DNA of 64,000 nucleotides, taken from IMG/VR virus record IMGVR_UViG_3300025012_000029, positions 137,145 to 201,144 of that record; one strand, written 5' to 3'. Below are positions 62,069 to 64,000 of this stretch, one piece after another. The stretch's first letter is position 1, and every line of letters begins with the position of its first letter. Source of the DNA: a virus (lineage: Duplodnaviria; Caudoviricetes). The notes under the pieces are model-generated. The model had not been told where the DNA came from. It searched no databases and saw nothing but the letters and a program-made list of their open reading frames with translations. Made by a program: the position numbers and the translations under genes.

Positions 62069-62691
62069 TACAACACCATATAACGTTGCTTATTACACTT
62101 GGCAACACCAATATCAATGAGAACATGGTTCTTATTTCGCTTCATAATGTTATGTTCGTGTAGATCCCCATATCTGATTCCATATTTATCGAAATATAAT
62201 GCTAAATCGTTAATCCATTTAATCTGGTCTTTAGAAAAATTTTTAGCATTATTTACATTGGAAAATTCTTTTAAATCTTTTTGAGAAATGTGTTTCTTAA
62301 ATATAACTCTGTTAGCAAAGTCTTTCCACGATACATCTGACACATCAAGTAGTTCTTCAACAATAAAATCTCTTCTCCAGCGTCCCACTCTAACAGAAAA
62401 AGCATCCTTTACTTTAACGATATTTTTATGTGGATTGTTACGAATAATTACCATTGTATGAATTTCAGTTCTGTCTTCGGTTATTTTAATAATGGTATTT
62501 TTATTTATACGATAAACATATCCATAAGCGCCATGACCAATGGTTTTCATTTCATTCCATTTAATTTTTCGTTTATATAAATAACGTTCAGCTTTTAGTA
62601 AAATTTCTTTTGTTGCCTTTAACGATGTTACATCAATCTGTCTGGAAATATGAGAAAGTTGTTCATCGGAAATTTTAGAATCAAAAATCAT
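62068..62691 (-). CDS. Protein kinase-like protein
   Basis: IGHGAYGYVY G-loop, IIKIT, DLHEHNIM, LIDIG. Confidence 0.85.
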   Translation of the reverse strand: MIFDSKISDEQLSHISRQIDVTSLKATKEILLKAERYLYKRKIKWNEMKTIGHGAYGYVYRINKNTIIKITEDRTEIHTMVIIRNNPHKNIVKVKDAFSVRVGRWRRDFIVEELLDVSDVSWKDFANRVIFKKHISQKDLKEFSNVNNAKNFSKDQIKWINDLALYFDKYGIRYGDLHEHNIMKRNKNHVLIDIGVAKCNKQRYMVL

Positions 62692-62936
62692 TTCTTTTTC
62701 TTTCTGCTGTGTTTAACAGCATATTCGGCATGAATATTAAATAATTCTACTACAGCTTCCATTGGAACATAAAATATAGTTGTTTGCCCATTTACTTCTG
62801 AGTCCATCACAAGGTTAGCTTCGCCATCAATCTCAATCCTAATAATAGAATCTTCATTTTTTCTATCTAGTTGGGGAGGATATAATCCATTACAATCGTC
62901 AACTGTGAAACCCCTCCTATAATGTTTAATGGTCAT
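62688..62936 (-). CDS. Hypothetical protein
   Basis: ORF in operon. Confidence 0.55.
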   Translation of the reverse strand: MTIKHYRRGFTVDDCNGLYPPQLDRKNEDSIIRIEIDGEANLVMDSEVNGQTTIFYVPMEAVVELFNIHAEYAVKHSRKKKK

Positions 62937-62939
62937 AAA

Positions 62940-63173
62940 CTATTTTGCTCCAGGAGTTTTTCCTGGAAATGGAACAAATAATTGTTCTTCTGATTTCCAC
63001 GCAACTGACGTATCTTTGCCTACGGCATCACACCAATAAATAAAGCGTCCATTGTCGAGTTTGTGAATATCAGTAATTACAAACAATAATTCTTGATATT
63101 CAGATATTAAACACTGATCTCCAATTTCGTATTTTGGCCAAGGTTCTTTTACGGAGGGAGGACTATCGTTCAT
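62940..63173 (-). CDS. Hypothetical protein
   Basis: PKYEIGD SH3-like start. Confidence 0.55.
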   Translation of the reverse strand: MNDSPPSVKEPWPKYEIGDQCLISEYQELLFVITDIHKLDNGRFIYWCDAVGKDTSVAWKSEEQLFVPFPGKTPGAK

Positions 63174-63189
63174 ATAATAAATGTCTCCA

Positions 63190-63408
63190 TTACTCGTTGT
63201 CTATGTCAACAGATATATAATATCGTCCAACTTTAATAATCTCTGTTCGTGTTTTGGGTGAACGGATCTTAAGATTTCTCAAAGCCCGATTGGGATGAAT
63301 AAAATGATTGAATTTCTCAGCATTATTCAATAAAATTGGAATAATCCAAACAACACACGAAACAATTGCCAATATAGCAATTGGAACAATAATTACAATT
63401 TCAATCAT
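63190..63408 (-). CDS. Small membrane protein
   Basis: N-terminal transmembrane helix. Confidence 0.55.
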   Translation of the reverse strand: MIEIVIIVPIAILAIVSCVVWIIPILLNNAEKFNHFIHPNRALRNLKIRSPKTRTEIIKVGRYYISVDIDNE

Positions 63409-63416
63409 AATGTTTC

Positions 63417-63635
63417 CTATTTATCTTCTATTAATTCTTCAATGAAGAATTCTTGTCGTTCGTTTTCTGGACAAGACAAAATGTGCGCTTCTGCTCCTAC
63501 AGAGGAGTAGTAATTGGCAATAGGAATCCTATAAAATTCCTCTTCGGCAAGAAGATTGAGTTCATTTACAATTCTGTAAACAGTAAAGTTCTTTTTCATA
63601 TAAAAAATTCCATCAACAAATTGAATTCCATTCAA
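63417..63635 (-). CDS. Hypothetical protein
   Basis: Small ORF. Confidence 0.45.
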   Translation of the reverse strand: MNGIQFVDGIFYMKKNFTVYRIVNELNLLAEEEFYRIPIANYYSSVGAEAHILSCPENERQEFFIEELIEDK

Positions 63636-63885
63636 AAGAGATTTCTTCCTGATCTATTTCTTTAATTTGAATCAACCCAAACTTTTGTTTCCAATGTGAA
63701 AGATGTTTGGATGTAGTGCTGCTCCATTTTTTATTTGTGATGTAACATATTTCATTAGTAAAATCTACAAACCCAATTGGAATGTTGTAAGACAAGCAGA
63801 ATTGTTTTCCTCCAACGTCAATATACATCATACTTGAATTTCCATCTTTAGTGATTTTCATTTCAATGTCTCCACCCACGAACAA
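63613..63885 (-). CDS. Conserved hypothetical phage protein
   Basis: LSYNIPIG...KWSSTTSKHL motif. Confidence 0.7.
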   Translation of the reverse strand: MFVGGDIEMKITKDGNSSMMYIDVGGKQFCLSYNIPIGFVDFTNEICYITNKKWSSTTSKHLSHWKQKFGLIQIKEIDQEEISFEWNSIC

Positions 63886-64000
63886 GTTCTTTTTGATAGG
63901 TTATCGCACATCATTTTATATGCTTCTGTTTTAGATTCAATAGGTTTCTTTGTTATTGTTTGTCCTTTGCGAAAGCAAAGGACAGCATGACATCGCTTTC
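63869..64000. repeat. 132-bp direct repeat, copy 2
   Basis: Matches 61807..61938; encodes the same RCHAVLCFRKGQT...CSWVE tail. Confidence 0.9.

Noticed and set aside
523-63665. Numerous plus-strand ORFs of 60-176 aa in the track
   Set aside because: All except 29654..30541 lie antisense to well-supported minus-strand genes or RNA genes and show no motifs; treated as shadow ORFs
1-64000. Stop-codon reassignment or suppressor tRNAs
   Set aside because: Genes are full length under code 11 using TAA, TAG and TGA as stops; no CTA, TTA or TCA anticodon found
1-64000. Eukaryotic giant virus or cellular chromosome origin
   Set aside because: Sigma70 promoters, SD-led overlapping operons, bacterial-type tRNAs without CCA, tnpB, phoH and a high share of small phage-type ORFs favour a large bacteriophage; no hallmark capsid or terminase gene is in the window, so this remains an inference

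Overview
AT-rich segment of a large bacteriophage (jumbo-phage-like) genome. Almost all genes are on the minus strand, densely packed, standard code 11, no spliceosomal introns. Layout: (1) 1-24.1 kb is a glycan-biosynthesis island with about 7 glycosyltransferases, NDP-sugar epimerases/reductases, UDP-glucose dehydrogenase, a TPP-dependent E1 alpha/beta pair, a B12 radical SAM enzyme, a methyltransferase, an LhgO-like oxidase and IscA. It is invaded by an intein, an ORF-less group I intron, free-standing endonucleases and a 51-bp IS200/IS605 miniature. (2) 24-44 kb carries a PD-(D/E)XK nuclease, PIN-PhoH with a class 3 intein, proteases, a DUF5664 diphosphohydrolase, a large nucleotidyltransferase-domain protein, two paralogous probable virion proteins, a tnpB-only IS200/IS605 element and a DEDDh exonuclease. 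(3) 44.1-54.7 kb is an array of about 33 tRNA or tRNA-like genes covering all 20 amino acids, many structurally atypical. It also contains a 78-nt RNA that is only the tRNA-like domain of tmRNA with its own sigma70 promoter, and at least three unannotated structured RNAs. A receiver-like RNA-repair protein lies within it and RtcB just upstream. (4) 55-64 kb holds small hypothetical genes, a vWA/MopE-repeat protein, a kinase and a local duplication. All RNA structures were folded by eye and all family calls come from motif recognition; no searches were run.
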